64,000 bases of DNA, taken from contig JBBRSP010000007.1 in assembly GCA_038245295.1 (NCBI GenBank), positions 1 to 64,000 of the forward strand. The letters run 5' to 3'. Position 1 is the stretch's first letter; every line of letters begins with the position of its first letter. The notes below the pieces were generated by a model. The model saw only the letters and a list, made by a program, of their open reading frames with translations. It made no database searches and was not told where the DNA came from. The DNA comes from Candidatus Binatia bacterium. Its GTDB lineage: Bacteria > Desulfobacterota > Binatia > HRBIN30. Both the position numbers and the translations under genes were made by a program. Shown here piece by piece: positions 29,240 through 38,800 of the stretch.

Positions 29240-30736
29240 ATGACGAGAGCATTTGGCGTCTGGCTGATCGTTGCGACACTGATGGCTGCCCGTGAAGGGG
29301 CTGCGGCACAGCCCACGGCAATCTCGCATGCCACGAGAGCGGGAACCGTCGCTTCACAGAGTGGGAGAGTCGCACGCTACCGGTCCGCCGGCGCTTCGTT
29401 CATGCCCGACGCGAGGCGGCCGCAAGGGATTGCCCGGAAGACTCGTCACGCCGCGCGCGCTGCCAAGGCGGCGCCCGTGTATATCGATCTGGGAGCGGCG
29501 CAAGAATTCGCCTACCACGACATGGTCAACTTCAGCGATCGCCTTTTCGTCGTAGAAGCGAACAACGTCGAGACCAACACCGTCGAGGTCGACTTTGATT
29601 TTGGTGTCGGCGCCGATGCACCCAATTATTTCGACCTTCTCTGGTGCAGTCTGCGGACCTTATCCGGAGACTTCCTGTTCGACTTCTCAACCCTGAGCAT
29701 CGATGAGAGAGCCGTTTACCAGGACTCGACGCAGTTCCTGAGCGTTACGCATCTCGCTGTGGTCGAGGAAGTCATTTGCGCCGGCAATCTCGGCTTCGAC
29801 GACGGTTCGCAGACATACTACGCGCCGCCGACGGTCTACGGTTCCTATCTGCCGTACAGCGCGACCGATTTCGATGGCGACGAGGTCGCGGACAGCGCCG
29901 ACAATTGCGTCACCGACTACAATCCGGATCAGGCCGATAGCGATGGCGACCAATTGGGAGACGCCTGTGATCTACGTCTGCACGATCCGCACTTCATCGG
30001 CGAGGATCGCGGCTACTTCGACGACGACTTCGATGGCATCGCCGATCACGACACGAACGGGGCTCTGTTGCCGGCCGACACGGTCGTCGGTAGCGACGAC
30101 TTCGGTAATCAGTACTACGCCGACAACTGTCCGGACGTCTTCAATCCTCTGCAGTGGGATACCGACCTGGACGGCATCGGCGATGATTGTGATTCAGACT
30201 ATGCGTTTCTGCAGTCCGTCTCCGGCGCCGCACTCGGCAACGCCGGCGATCTGGCAGGACGAACGGTCGACATATCGGACTACACTCATTCCATCCGCCT
30301 GCGCGCCGCCGCCGACCTCGTCATCGACAGCTGCGACGTCACCTACTTCGACGAAGCCCAACAGGATTATTTCGTGCTCACCTACGACTTCAGGGCCGCA
30401 GCTTCCGATGGTAGTTATGATGTGGCGGGCGATACATCGGAGTATCTGACGCTCGATCAGGACTTGTACGTTTCCGAAGTGAGCTGCCTGGCCGCGGCGC
30501 CCACCCTGGGCATCGACTTCTATTACAAGCCGGGCGTCGCCCCGCTCTCGTGCACGGGTGACTGCAACGCCGACGGTCAGGTGACGATCGACGAGCTGAT
30601 CCGAGGTGTAAACATCGCGCTGGGCAGCCAGGAATTAGCGAGCTGTCCTGCCTTCGACGCGAGCGCCGACAACCAGGTCTCAATCGACGAGCTGATCCAG
30701 GCAGTCAACTCATCATTGGCCGGCTGTTCTCTCTGA
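29240..30736 (+). CDS. Secreted acidic protein with thrombospondin type-3 repeats and C-terminal dockerin-like module
   Basis: DNC..DYNPDQADSDGDQLGDACD and DNCPDVFNPLQWDTDLDGIGDDCD; CTGDCNADGQVTIDELIRGVNIALG; RBS GAGGAGG. Confidence 0.8.
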   Translation: MTRAFGVWLIVATLMAAREGAAAQPTAISHATRAGTVASQSGRVARYRSAGASFMPDARRPQGIARKTRHAARAAKAAPVYIDLGAAQEFAYHDMVNFSDRLFVVEANNVETNTVEVDFDFGVGADAPNYFDLLWCSLRTLSGDFLFDFSTLSIDERAVYQDSTQFLSVTHLAVVEEVICAGNLGFDDGSQTYYAPPTVYGSYLPYSATDFDGDEVADSADNCVTDYNPDQADSDGDQLGDACDLRLHDPHFIGEDRGYFDDDFDGIADHDTNGALLPADTVVGSDDFGNQYYADNCPDVFNPLQWDTDLDGIGDDCDSDYAFLQSVSGAALGNAGDLAGRTVDISDYTHSIRLRAAADLVIDSCDVTYFDEAQQDYFVLTYDFRAAASDGSYDVAGDTSEYLTLDQDLYVSEVSCLAAAPTLGIDFYYKPGVAPLSCTGDCNADGQVTIDELIRGVNIALGSQELASCPAFDASADNQVSIDELIQAVNSSLAGCSL

Positions 30737-30900
30737 AACGTTCTCCCGCAATCGTCAACGACGGGCTCAGGCCTACGGCACCAGATTCTGCGCGAAGCAT
30801 TTGCTGCGCCGGGACGAATCGTTGTAACCTCTCGACCACGCCCTACGTGATTCGGGTTAAGCACCAGCCGCCACAAGCGACCTGGTGCCGGGAGGTCATC

Positions 30901-31497
30901 ATGAACGCGCGAATCGAAACGGCATCGACTTTGGCGATCCCGACGGGCGCCAGCCGACTGAAGGCGCTCACCTGGTCTTGGAATCCGCTCGTCTGGTGGG
31001 CCGCGCTGAGTTATCGCCTGGCCATCGGCTCGACCGGCTCGCCTGTCTGGGTCATCTTCGTGCGGGCGCCACGTGTCATCATCGCCCACCTGGTCCTAGT
31101 CGCAACTTCCGAGTTCGGTCTGTCGCTCGACAAACGCCTGCGATCCCTGCTGCGTGTCTTCAGCTCACGCGTCAACAACTGTCTCTACTGCGACGACCTG
31201 GAATCCTACGTCGCCTTGAAGCACCGCACTCTGACTCGTGAGGACCTCGACGCCCTACCCACCTACCGCGACAGTCAACGCTTCAGCGAACGCGAGCGTG
31301 CCGCCCTGCGTTATGTCGAAGCGATCAACACATCGCGCACGGCCGACGACGAAACATTCGCCGCGCTGCGACGCCACTATTCGGAGCGCGAGATCGTCGA
31401 GATTACCTGGCTGAACGCCGTCGGCAACTATTTAAACCTACAGGCCAAGCCGCTCGGTCTCACCGCGGAAGGCTACTGCGCACTGCCGCAACGCTAA
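30901..31497 (+). CDS. Carboxymuconolactone decarboxylase/AhpD-like protein
   Basis: SRVNNCLYC, FSERERAALRY, YSEREIVEI. Confidence 0.8.
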   Translation: MNARIETASTLAIPTGASRLKALTWSWNPLVWWAALSYRLAIGSTGSPVWVIFVRAPRVIIAHLVLVATSEFGLSLDKRLRSLLRVFSSRVNNCLYCDDLESYVALKHRTLTREDLDALPTYRDSQRFSERERAALRYVEAINTSRTADDETFAALRRHYSEREIVEITWLNAVGNYLNLQAKPLGLTAEGYCALPQR

Positions 31498-31533
31498 TTG
31501 TTTCCGAGAGCCCGCGCGCAGGCCCCAGGCCTC

Positions 31534-32247
31534 CTAGTTCACCGGCATCGGTGCTCCCGCCGAGCGGATCGCCGCGTAGCGCGGCGGTTCGCAGACCCGC
31601 AGCTCGCGTCGCACTTCTTCGAGTGGGCGTGCGAGGAGCGCCTCCCAGTCCTGCGCCGGCAACCAGGCGGCAGAGCGGCCGCGTTGGTAACCTTCGACGA
31701 TGCGCTGCCTCGCCTCCGTGGGGCCGGCCTTCAACCAGCCGACGGCAACGATAAACCCGACGCCTGGATTACGAGTTTGCGCAAAACTGAAGGCAAGCAG
31801 CGACGCCTCACCGACGAGGTCGCGACCATAACCGGTGACGATGTGCCACAGATCGTGCATGTCGCGCAGACGCTCCCCGAAGAGACGGCGCTCGGGCCCG
31901 TAATCGGGCATCTCGCGCTCGGCTCTGCTGGCCTCGACCAAGCCGTCGGCGGTGATCTGTTCACGGCGCGTGAAGTCGGCATAGGTGCGGCCCAGCGTCC
32001 CTTCCGGCAAGCTCTCGAGGTCGGCGCGGTTGCTCAACGTCTCGAGCAGTGAGCGACGCTCGAGCAAGACACGCGCGCCGATCGGATCATTGCGGAAACG
32101 GTTGAACTGCTTCTCCCCCGAATTGCCGGAGAGGGCATCGATGATGCGAAACACCTGGCCCGTGTCATCCGGATCTTTCAGCAGCACGCCCATGGCGCGC
32201 AGGGCTTCCAGCGGACGAATACGGCGCTTGCGGGTGTTGGGCTCCAT
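31534..32247 (-). CDS. Coq4-like protein
   Basis: LPEGTLGRTY, HDLWHIVTGY..D..GEA.L.AF, WE.LL..PLEEVR.EL. Confidence 0.85.
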   Translation of the reverse strand: MEPNTRKRRIRPLEALRAMGVLLKDPDDTGQVFRIIDALSGNSGEKQFNRFRNDPIGARVLLERRSLLETLSNRADLESLPEGTLGRTYADFTRREQITADGLVEASRAEREMPDYGPERRLFGERLRDMHDLWHIVTGYGRDLVGEASLLAFSFAQTRNPGVGFIVAVGWLKAGPTEARQRIVEGYQRGRSAAWLPAQDWEALLARPLEEVRRELRVCEPPRYAAIRSAGAPMPVN

Positions 32248-32279
32248 CGCGATACCTTTCTTGTGGTAAGACCGAATTA

Positions 32280-32297
32280 ACTGACAAGGATGTAAGT
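32280..32297. promoter_or_regulatory. Candidate TetR operator
   Basis: Imperfect IR ACTGACA-AGGA-TGTAAGT in the 55-bp divergent gap. Confidence 0.45.
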
Positions 32298-32302
32298 AGG
32301 AA

Positions 32303-33022
32303 ATGACCAAAGCTCAGTCAAGCGGGTCGGGGCGCCGCACCAAATCGGCCGCACCGCGGCGCCGACGATCGGCGGAGGACGCCAAGCGGGCGATTCTCGA
32401 CGCCGCCGCGTCGCGTTTTGCCGCCGACGGGCCGGCCGGGATCCGCCTGCAGCAGATCGCCGCAGACGTTGGGGTGTCGCATCCGGCCGTACTGCATCAC
32501 TTCGGTAGCCGCGAGGATCTGATGCGCGCGGTGATCGAGCGCGCCTTCGGCGCCTTGCGCGAGGAGCTACTGGCGGTCCTGACGACACCCGATCCGTCGG
32601 CGATCGATGGGCCTGCGCTCATCGAACGTGTCTTCGAAACACTCGGCGGCCATGGCCAGGCACGTCTGATGGCTTGGCTGGCGTTGTCCGGCCATGCGGA
32701 TGACACTCGTCGCCGCGACAACGGCGCCTTCTTCATCCGAGAGCTCGCGCAAGCCGTGCATACACAGCGCCGATCGGCATTTGTCGGCAGCGGCCGGCGC
32801 ACACCGCCATTCGAGGATTCATTGTTCGCCATCCTGCTGACGACACTCGCTCTGATCGGCGACGCACTCCTCGGCGAACCGGCGCGCGCCAGTTGCGGGC
32901 TTGAAGATCCGGATGCCGGGCGCCGCTTTCGCAAGTGGTTTGCCGAGATGCTCGTCGCCTACCTCGCCAGCGATCCCTTCCCGAACGCCAAGCCGCGAAA
33001 ACGTCGCCCGCGCCGATCGTAG
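32303..33022 (+). CDS. TetR/AcrR family regulator
   Basis: ILDAA..F...G..GIRLQQIAADVGVSHPAVLHHFGS. Confidence 0.9.
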   Translation: MTKAQSSGSGRRTKSAAPRRRRSAEDAKRAILDAAASRFAADGPAGIRLQQIAADVGVSHPAVLHHFGSREDLMRAVIERAFGALREELLAVLTTPDPSAIDGPALIERVFETLGGHGQARLMAWLALSGHADDTRRRDNGAFFIRELAQAVHTQRRSAFVGSGRRTPPFEDSLFAILLTTLALIGDALLGEPARASCGLEDPDAGRRFRKWFAEMLVAYLASDPFPNAKPRKRRPRRS

Positions 33023-33041
33023 GTGCGGTTCGCGACCGCCC
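33019..33041 (+). repeat. REP family B variant overlapping the TetR stop codon
   Basis: GTAGGTGCGGTTCGCGACCGCCC; its TAG is the stop codon. Confidence 0.5.
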
Positions 33042-33325
33042 GGCGAGGAATCGGCAGCCGGCGGGATTGGAGTCGACCTCTCCGGCGGATGTGGAGTAGG
33101 CTCGCCGTCGTCCAAGACAACCATCGCGGAGGTACCATCGCGCCACCGCTGAAATCAGTTTGAGGTCCCTGAACTGGGTTCGGAGTACCGGGTGCAGGGT
33201 TGGATCGAACAACCGGCGGGGGCCGTTATGCGGTCACCGGGGCAGGCCACGCACCTGGGGGACCTGCCGCAGGCGGGGCTAGCCCGCAAGACCTCCAACT
33301 TGATTCCGAGAGGCCCATCTGGGCG

Positions 33326-33342
33326 TCGGCACGGTCATTGCT
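33326..33342 (+). promoter_or_regulatory. Candidate sigma54 promoter
   Basis: TCGGCACGGTCATTGCT, GG-N10-GC, about 50 nt upstream of ATG 33391. Confidence 0.55.
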
Positions 33343-33390
33343 CTTGTCATCCTGCGTTGCCGACAGCGGCACGGAAAGAAGGGCAGGAAC

Positions 33391-34368
33391 ATGCGCCACT
33401 CGGAACAACTCCTCAAATCAATCGTCTCGACAGCAGCATATACGTTGTTTGCCATCGCACTCGCCTGCAGTCTGGCTAGCGCCAAGGAAAAGGTGAAGAC
33501 CGACCTCATGCCGGGGACTGATGCCGACGCCCAGGGCCAGGTGCGCGTCATGGTACGCAGCGCCACGGACGGACGGTTCGAACTGCGGGTCCGCAACCTC
33601 GACCCCAACTCGACCTTCGACGTTCTGGTCAGTGGTGTCAAAGTCGGCACCGTTACCACGAGCGGCAAGGGTGCCGGCAATAGCCGCTTCCGCTCGCGGC
33701 CGCACGGCCACGACCAGCTTCTCGGCTTCGACCCGCGCGGCACCACGGTCGCCTTACAGAATGCCGCCGGCGACGAGGTCCTCCGGGGTATGGTACCGGC
33801 CGGCACGACGAGCGGCCTGAGCAACGGCAAGATCGCCTGCTGCATCCCCGACGATAGCGGCACCGAATGCGACGACCGCACACCGGACGAATGCACCGCC
33901 CGCGGTGGCAGCCCATCGACCGCGTCGACGTGTCTGCCGAACCCGTGTGGGGCGACCACGCCAAGCCTCGATACGAAGGTTGTCTGCTGTATCCCCGACG
34001 ACGGCGCGCCCGAGTGCGAAGATCGCACCGCCGACCAGTGCGCGGCGCGCGGTGGCATTGTCGTCACGGCCACCAGCTGCACCCCAAACCCATGCGTCGC
34101 ATCAGCCGACGCCTCACCGACCCCGGAGATCGAGCCCTCGCCGACGGCGACCCCAACGCCAGCGACTCCAGGTTCGGTGACGGGAAGTGCGGTCGAAACC
34201 CCGTCGCCGACGCCAGCACCTACCGCGGCTGTCGGTGAAACCGTCGACAAGCACGGCTGCGGCCTCACCGGCGGCAACACGAGCGGCGGCGGCGAAGCCT
34301 CCTCGGGTGGTGGCTCCGGCGGCGGTGGTGGTCGCGCCCCGCGTCCCGGCTACTACGGCGCACCGTGA
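33391..34368 (+). CDS. Secreted protein with two Cys-rich repeats and PT/G-rich tail
   Basis: Signal peptide; 2x CCIPDD..ECxDRT..C.ARGG......C.PNPC. Confidence 0.75.
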   Translation: MRHSEQLLKSIVSTAAYTLFAIALACSLASAKEKVKTDLMPGTDADAQGQVRVMVRSATDGRFELRVRNLDPNSTFDVLVSGVKVGTVTTSGKGAGNSRFRSRPHGHDQLLGFDPRGTTVALQNAAGDEVLRGMVPAGTTSGLSNGKIACCIPDDSGTECDDRTPDECTARGGSPSTASTCLPNPCGATTPSLDTKVVCCIPDDGAPECEDRTADQCAARGGIVVTATSCTPNPCVASADASPTPEIEPSPTATPTPATPGSVTGSAVETPSPTPAPTAAVGETVDKHGCGLTGGNTSGGGEASSGGGSGGGGGRAPRPGYYGAP

Positions 34369-34393
34369 CCTGATCTGCCACTCAACGATCTTT

Positions 34394-34429
34394 GAACGCC
34401 CCTTCTGTGACCACACAGAGGGGGCGTTC
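34394..34429. terminator. Hairpin between convergent genes
   Basis: GAACGCCCCTTCTGTG-ACCA-CACAGAGGGGGCGTTC. Confidence 0.6.
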
Positions 34430-34478
34430 GTTATTTGAGGAACCTATCGATAAACGCTGAAGCGTGAACCGCCGGTAA

Positions 34479-35294
34479 TCACTCCACGGTGACCGCACCA
34501 TCTTCGATGATGATGTCGTAGTGGTACCCGAAGCCGAGATCTTTGTCGGCCGTCAGCTTGCCGCGCACCAGCACCATCTTGCCGACAGCGGCCTCAACGC
34601 TCGTGGAGACCGTCAAATCGTTGTTGGGAGCATTGCCGCTGCCGTCCTGGACGTGCAGCCAGTTCTTCTCCATCACACCCGCGGTGTACTTGACGACGCG
34701 ACCGCGCACGGCAACGTCTTTCCCAACGAGGTCTGCTTTCTTCGCATACAGCTCAGCCACGGTCTGGCCGCCGTCGGCTTTCTTGATGTTTGTCAGATCC
34801 ACCTCGGCCGGCTTCGGACCGCCGACCCCATGCGCCGCAGCGCCCGAGTGCGCCGCCATGCCGGCCTCCAGGCCACCTTTCGCGGCGCCATGCGCCGAGG
34901 CTGCGCCAATATTGGCCGGCTTAGCACCAGCCACCTCAATCGCTGAGACGAAATAGACGACATCGAAGGTCCGCCCCAACGTCTTGCTTTGGAAGCCGCG
35001 CATCGCCATGCCACTCGGTACCGTCACCTTGTCCCCGACGGCAACCGTCGTCTGCGGCCCTGCCGCCCAGACCTTCTTCGAACCGTCATCGATCAAAACG
35101 TAGCTGTATTGGCCGGCGTTCATCGCCTCGGCGACTGTGCCGGTGATGCTCGGCGTATTCTCCGAGCCACCGCCCGCATCAGCGGCCGGCGCCGGGGCTT
35201 GTGCCTTGGCGGGTTGGACGTTCGCAGAAAACGCGAGCGCCAAAATCGTTGCGACGGTACACGCGCACGACAGAAGTGGATGTTTCACGATCAT
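34479..35294 (-). CDS. Periplasmic tandem OB-fold protein (NrfJ-like)
   Basis: GTVAEAMNAGQYSY..WAA; F.SKTLGRTFD; VRG.VVK...VM.KNWLHVQDG; KDLGFGY.Y. Confidence 0.7.
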   Translation of the reverse strand: MIVKHPLLSCACTVATILALAFSANVQPAKAQAPAPAADAGGGSENTPSITGTVAEAMNAGQYSYVLIDDGSKKVWAAGPQTTVAVGDKVTVPSGMAMRGFQSKTLGRTFDVVYFVSAIEVAGAKPANIGAASAHGAAKGGLEAGMAAHSGAAAHGVGGPKPAEVDLTNIKKADGGQTVAELYAKKADLVGKDVAVRGRVVKYTAGVMEKNWLHVQDGSGNAPNNDLTVSTSVEAAVGKMVLVRGKLTADKDLGFGYHYDIIIEDGAVTVE

Positions 35295-35418
35295 TCCTCC
35301 AGGTTAGGATCGGCGATTGCCCGTTTGGGCTACTTTTGGGTCGTACCTCATCCGCAACCGGGCGAGAAGGGGGCAGGGTTTCCCATTTGCCCCTCGCCTC
35401 TGCTAGAGCAAGGGGCGC

Positions 35419-35847
35419 ATGCGGCGCCGTCTTCCCTACCCTCTGGTTTGCGCGCTCATGGGTCTCGTCCTCGGCTGGGCTCCGAAGCTGGTGCACGGGC
35501 CGATCCCGGAAAAATACAACCTGCACTACATCCAGGGCGCCATCGCCGTGTGGGCCTGGTACAACGCGCGAATGCTGGTCGGCTTTCTGGTCGGCATCAC
35601 CGCCTGGCCGTCGCGCTGGTACCTGCGCGGGCCCTTGTGCGGACTGATCATGCTGTTCCCGCTCGGCTTCATGTCGCTGGCGACACCCGAGTGTGGCCTG
35701 CCCTGCATGTTCTACAACTGCACGACGGCGTCGCTCGTCGGTCTTACCATTGGCGGCCTCGCCTATCTCTTGACCGGCCGCCATCACCTCTACGATGAGC
35801 CGCGTCCCGCGGCGCCGCAGTCGGTGGCCGATGCCCCCGGAGTCTAA
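35419..35847 (+). CDS. Small multi-TM membrane protein overlapping the cyclase start
   Basis: Four hydrophobic segments; 17-nt overlap with 35831. Confidence 0.65.
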   Translation: MRRRLPYPLVCALMGLVLGWAPKLVHGPIPEKYNLHYIQGAIAVWAWYNARMLVGFLVGITAWPSRWYLRGPLCGLIMLFPLGFMSLATPECGLPCMFYNCTTASLVGLTIGGLAYLLTGRHHLYDEPRPAAPQSVADAPGV

Positions 35848-38800
35848 GAGCGCCACCGAAGAGCGCCGCATCGCGACCGTCATGTTCGCTGACATCTCGG
35901 GGTTCACGGCGCTCTCCGAGAAACTCGACCCCGAAGAAGTCACCACGGTCATGAACGGTGCGTTCATCCGCCTGGAGAGTGTCGTCTTCGCCCACGGCGG
36001 CATCGTTGATGAATACCTCGGCGACTGCGTCAAAGCGGTCTTCGGCTTCTCACCCGATATCCAGAACCCCACCTTCCATGCCGTCGAAGCCGCACTCGAG
36101 CTGCGCCAGACACTCTACCAGTACAATATCGACGCCTCGTTGCCGCTACCACTCGACATCCACATCGGCCTGACAACCGGCCCGGTCACCGCGATGATCG
36201 TCGGCGATGAAAACAAGTCCGACTTTTCCGTCTTCGGCGACACGGTGCGGCTCGCCAGCCGATTGGAGGACGTCTCCGATCGCGGCGACATCTTCGTCGG
36301 CCCCGGGACCTTCGCCGCCACCGCCGACGACTTCGAGTTCAAGCCCCGTGATCCAGTCACCTTGCGCCCGTATCCGGAGCCGTTTGCCGTCTACGAGCTG
36401 GTCGGTAAACGCAGCAGCGAGCGTGTCGTGCGCGACAGTGAGCGGCGGCAGGCGAGTGTTTTATTCGCCGAGCTGGTCGGCGTCGATGCTCTCGTCGACA
36501 CCTTCAGCGAGGCCGATCTCACCGAGTTGCTCGGCGAGCTCCTGCACCGCATGGCGCGCTCGGTCAGCTCGTTCGGCGGCTGCGTCGACAAGTATCTCGG
36601 CGAGGGCATCATGGCGCTGTTCGGCGTGCCCAACGCCATCGAGCGGGCGCCGCAACAAGCCATCAACTGCGCCATCGACCTGCGCCACGCCGTCGCCACC
36701 TTCGAACGCGAGCGCAATCTGCCGAGTCCGCTGGCCCTGCACATCGGCGTCAACACGGGACTGTGCATCGCCGGAGAAATCGGCGGGCGCGTCAAGCGCG
36801 ACTTCACCGTCATGGGCGACACGGTCAACCTTGCCGCCCGTCTGAAGGAAGCGGCGCACGGCGGCGACATCTACATCGGCCCCGAAACCTACCGCTATGT
36901 GCGCGGTGAGTTCGAGTTCACACCCACCGAGCCGCTCAAGCTCAAAGGCAAAGCGCAGCCTGTTCCGGCCTACCGTGTGCTCTCCGAGCGCGTCCAGATT
37001 CATCGACAATCGAGCAGCGATGATCGCCGCCTGTTCTCGCCGCTGGTCGGCCGCGACGCCGAGATAGCCCAGATTCGCGACGGCGCTGTCGGCCTGCGAC
37101 GCGGTCACGGCTCCATCCTGGCCGTGATCGCCGAAGCCGGCATCGGCAAGTCGCGCCTGCTCAGCGACGCGTTGCAACCGCAACGCGATGACGGCCAGGT
37201 CATCCTCGCCCGCTCGTTGGCAATCGGCCGCACGATGAGCTTCCACCCCTTCGTCGACCTGCTGCGCCACTGGTGCGGCGTCGGCGAGGAAACCGCCGGA
37301 GCCGAGATCCTTACAAAGCTGGCGCACAGCATGCAGCGTGTGCTCGGCCCGGACAGCGACGACGCGTTGCCGTTCATCGGCCGCCTCATGGGCTTGCCCC
37401 TCAGTCCGGAATCGAGCCAGCGCATGATCGGCATCGACGGCGAAGCCCTCGAGCACTTGATCACCAAACACCTGCGCGACCTGCTTGCCGCCATCGGCCA
37501 ACACGCGCCTCGCGTGCTGGTGTTCGAGGATCTGCATTGGGCCGATCGATCGTCGCTGCGCCTGCTCGAAGAGATCGTACCGCTGGCGCGTGACGTGCCG
37601 CTCCTGTTCGTCCTGGCGACCCGTCCAATCGCCAGCGAAACCAGCGAGCCATTGCTGGCCAACCTGCGAAAGTCCTGCGCCGAGTATTACAGTGAGGTTC
37701 GCCTGGCCCCCCTCGGCAGCAGCGACGCCGAGGCCCTGGTTGCCAATCTCCTGCGCCTCGACGAGATACCAGCCAAACTGCGCGAGGTCGTCACCGGACG
37801 CACCGGCGGCAACCCGTTCTACATCGAAGAAGTGCTGCGCGCCCTGGTCGATCAGGGGGCGATTGAATTTGCGGATGATGCGTATCGAGTGACGCCGAGC
37901 ATCGATACCGTCGCGCTGCCGGGGACGATCCACGAAGTCATCATGAGTCGCGTCGATCGCCTCGACGAACCGGCGCGCCAGGTATTGCGTGTTGCCTCGG
38001 TGATCGGGCGGCAATTTCCGCAACAGGTGCTGGCGCGCGTCGTGCCGCGCGGTAGCCAACTGCAAGTCGACATTGCCACACTGCTCGAACGCCAGCTCAT
38101 CGAGCCGCGGCTGGATGAATGGAGCGTCCCTGTCGGCACCCAAACCTCGAGCCGCGAGCTCGAGTATCTGTTCCGTCACGCGCTGGCCCAAGAGGCCGTG
38201 TATCAGTCGATCCTGCTGCGCAGCCGCAAGGAGCTGCATCAGCAAGTGGCGGTGGCCATCGAACAATCGTTCGCGTCCGACCTGTCGAAGCACTTCTCAC
38301 CAATTGCGCATCACTATCGCCAAGCCGAGCAGTGGGAGCCGGCCGAAGCGTATCTCGTCAAGGCCGGCGTCGTTGCCGCGGCAGCCGCCGCGTCGAGTGA
38401 GGCGTTGGTGTTGTTCAACGACGCCCTCGAGCTCTACAACCGCCTGCACGGCGATGGTGGCGGCGATGCGCGCCACCGCGCCTTGATCGAGAAACACATC
38501 GGCCTCGGACTGCTCAACACCGGCCAGATTCCGGAGAGCATCCCGCATTTCGACGTCGCCTCCGGGCTGCTCGGTGATCCGGCGGGCGACAAGAGCATCC
38601 GCTCCTATGTGCGCGTCGCCGGCGACTTCGCTGCTCTACTCCGTCAACTCTACTTGAGCCGCGGCCACCGGCGCGCCCCAGCCGACATCGAACGCGAGCT
38701 CGAGTGGAGCGACATCCTGTTCAACCGGGCGCGTGCCGAGATCACCAGCGATCCGACCAGATTGTTCCTCGACAACATCAGTGCGCTGCGACGCTTCAAC

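Noticed and set aside
36461..38293. Long antisense ORFs (also 4948-6441, 45606-46826, 60188-61201)
   Set aside because: Shadow frames of well-supported genes in high-GC DNA.
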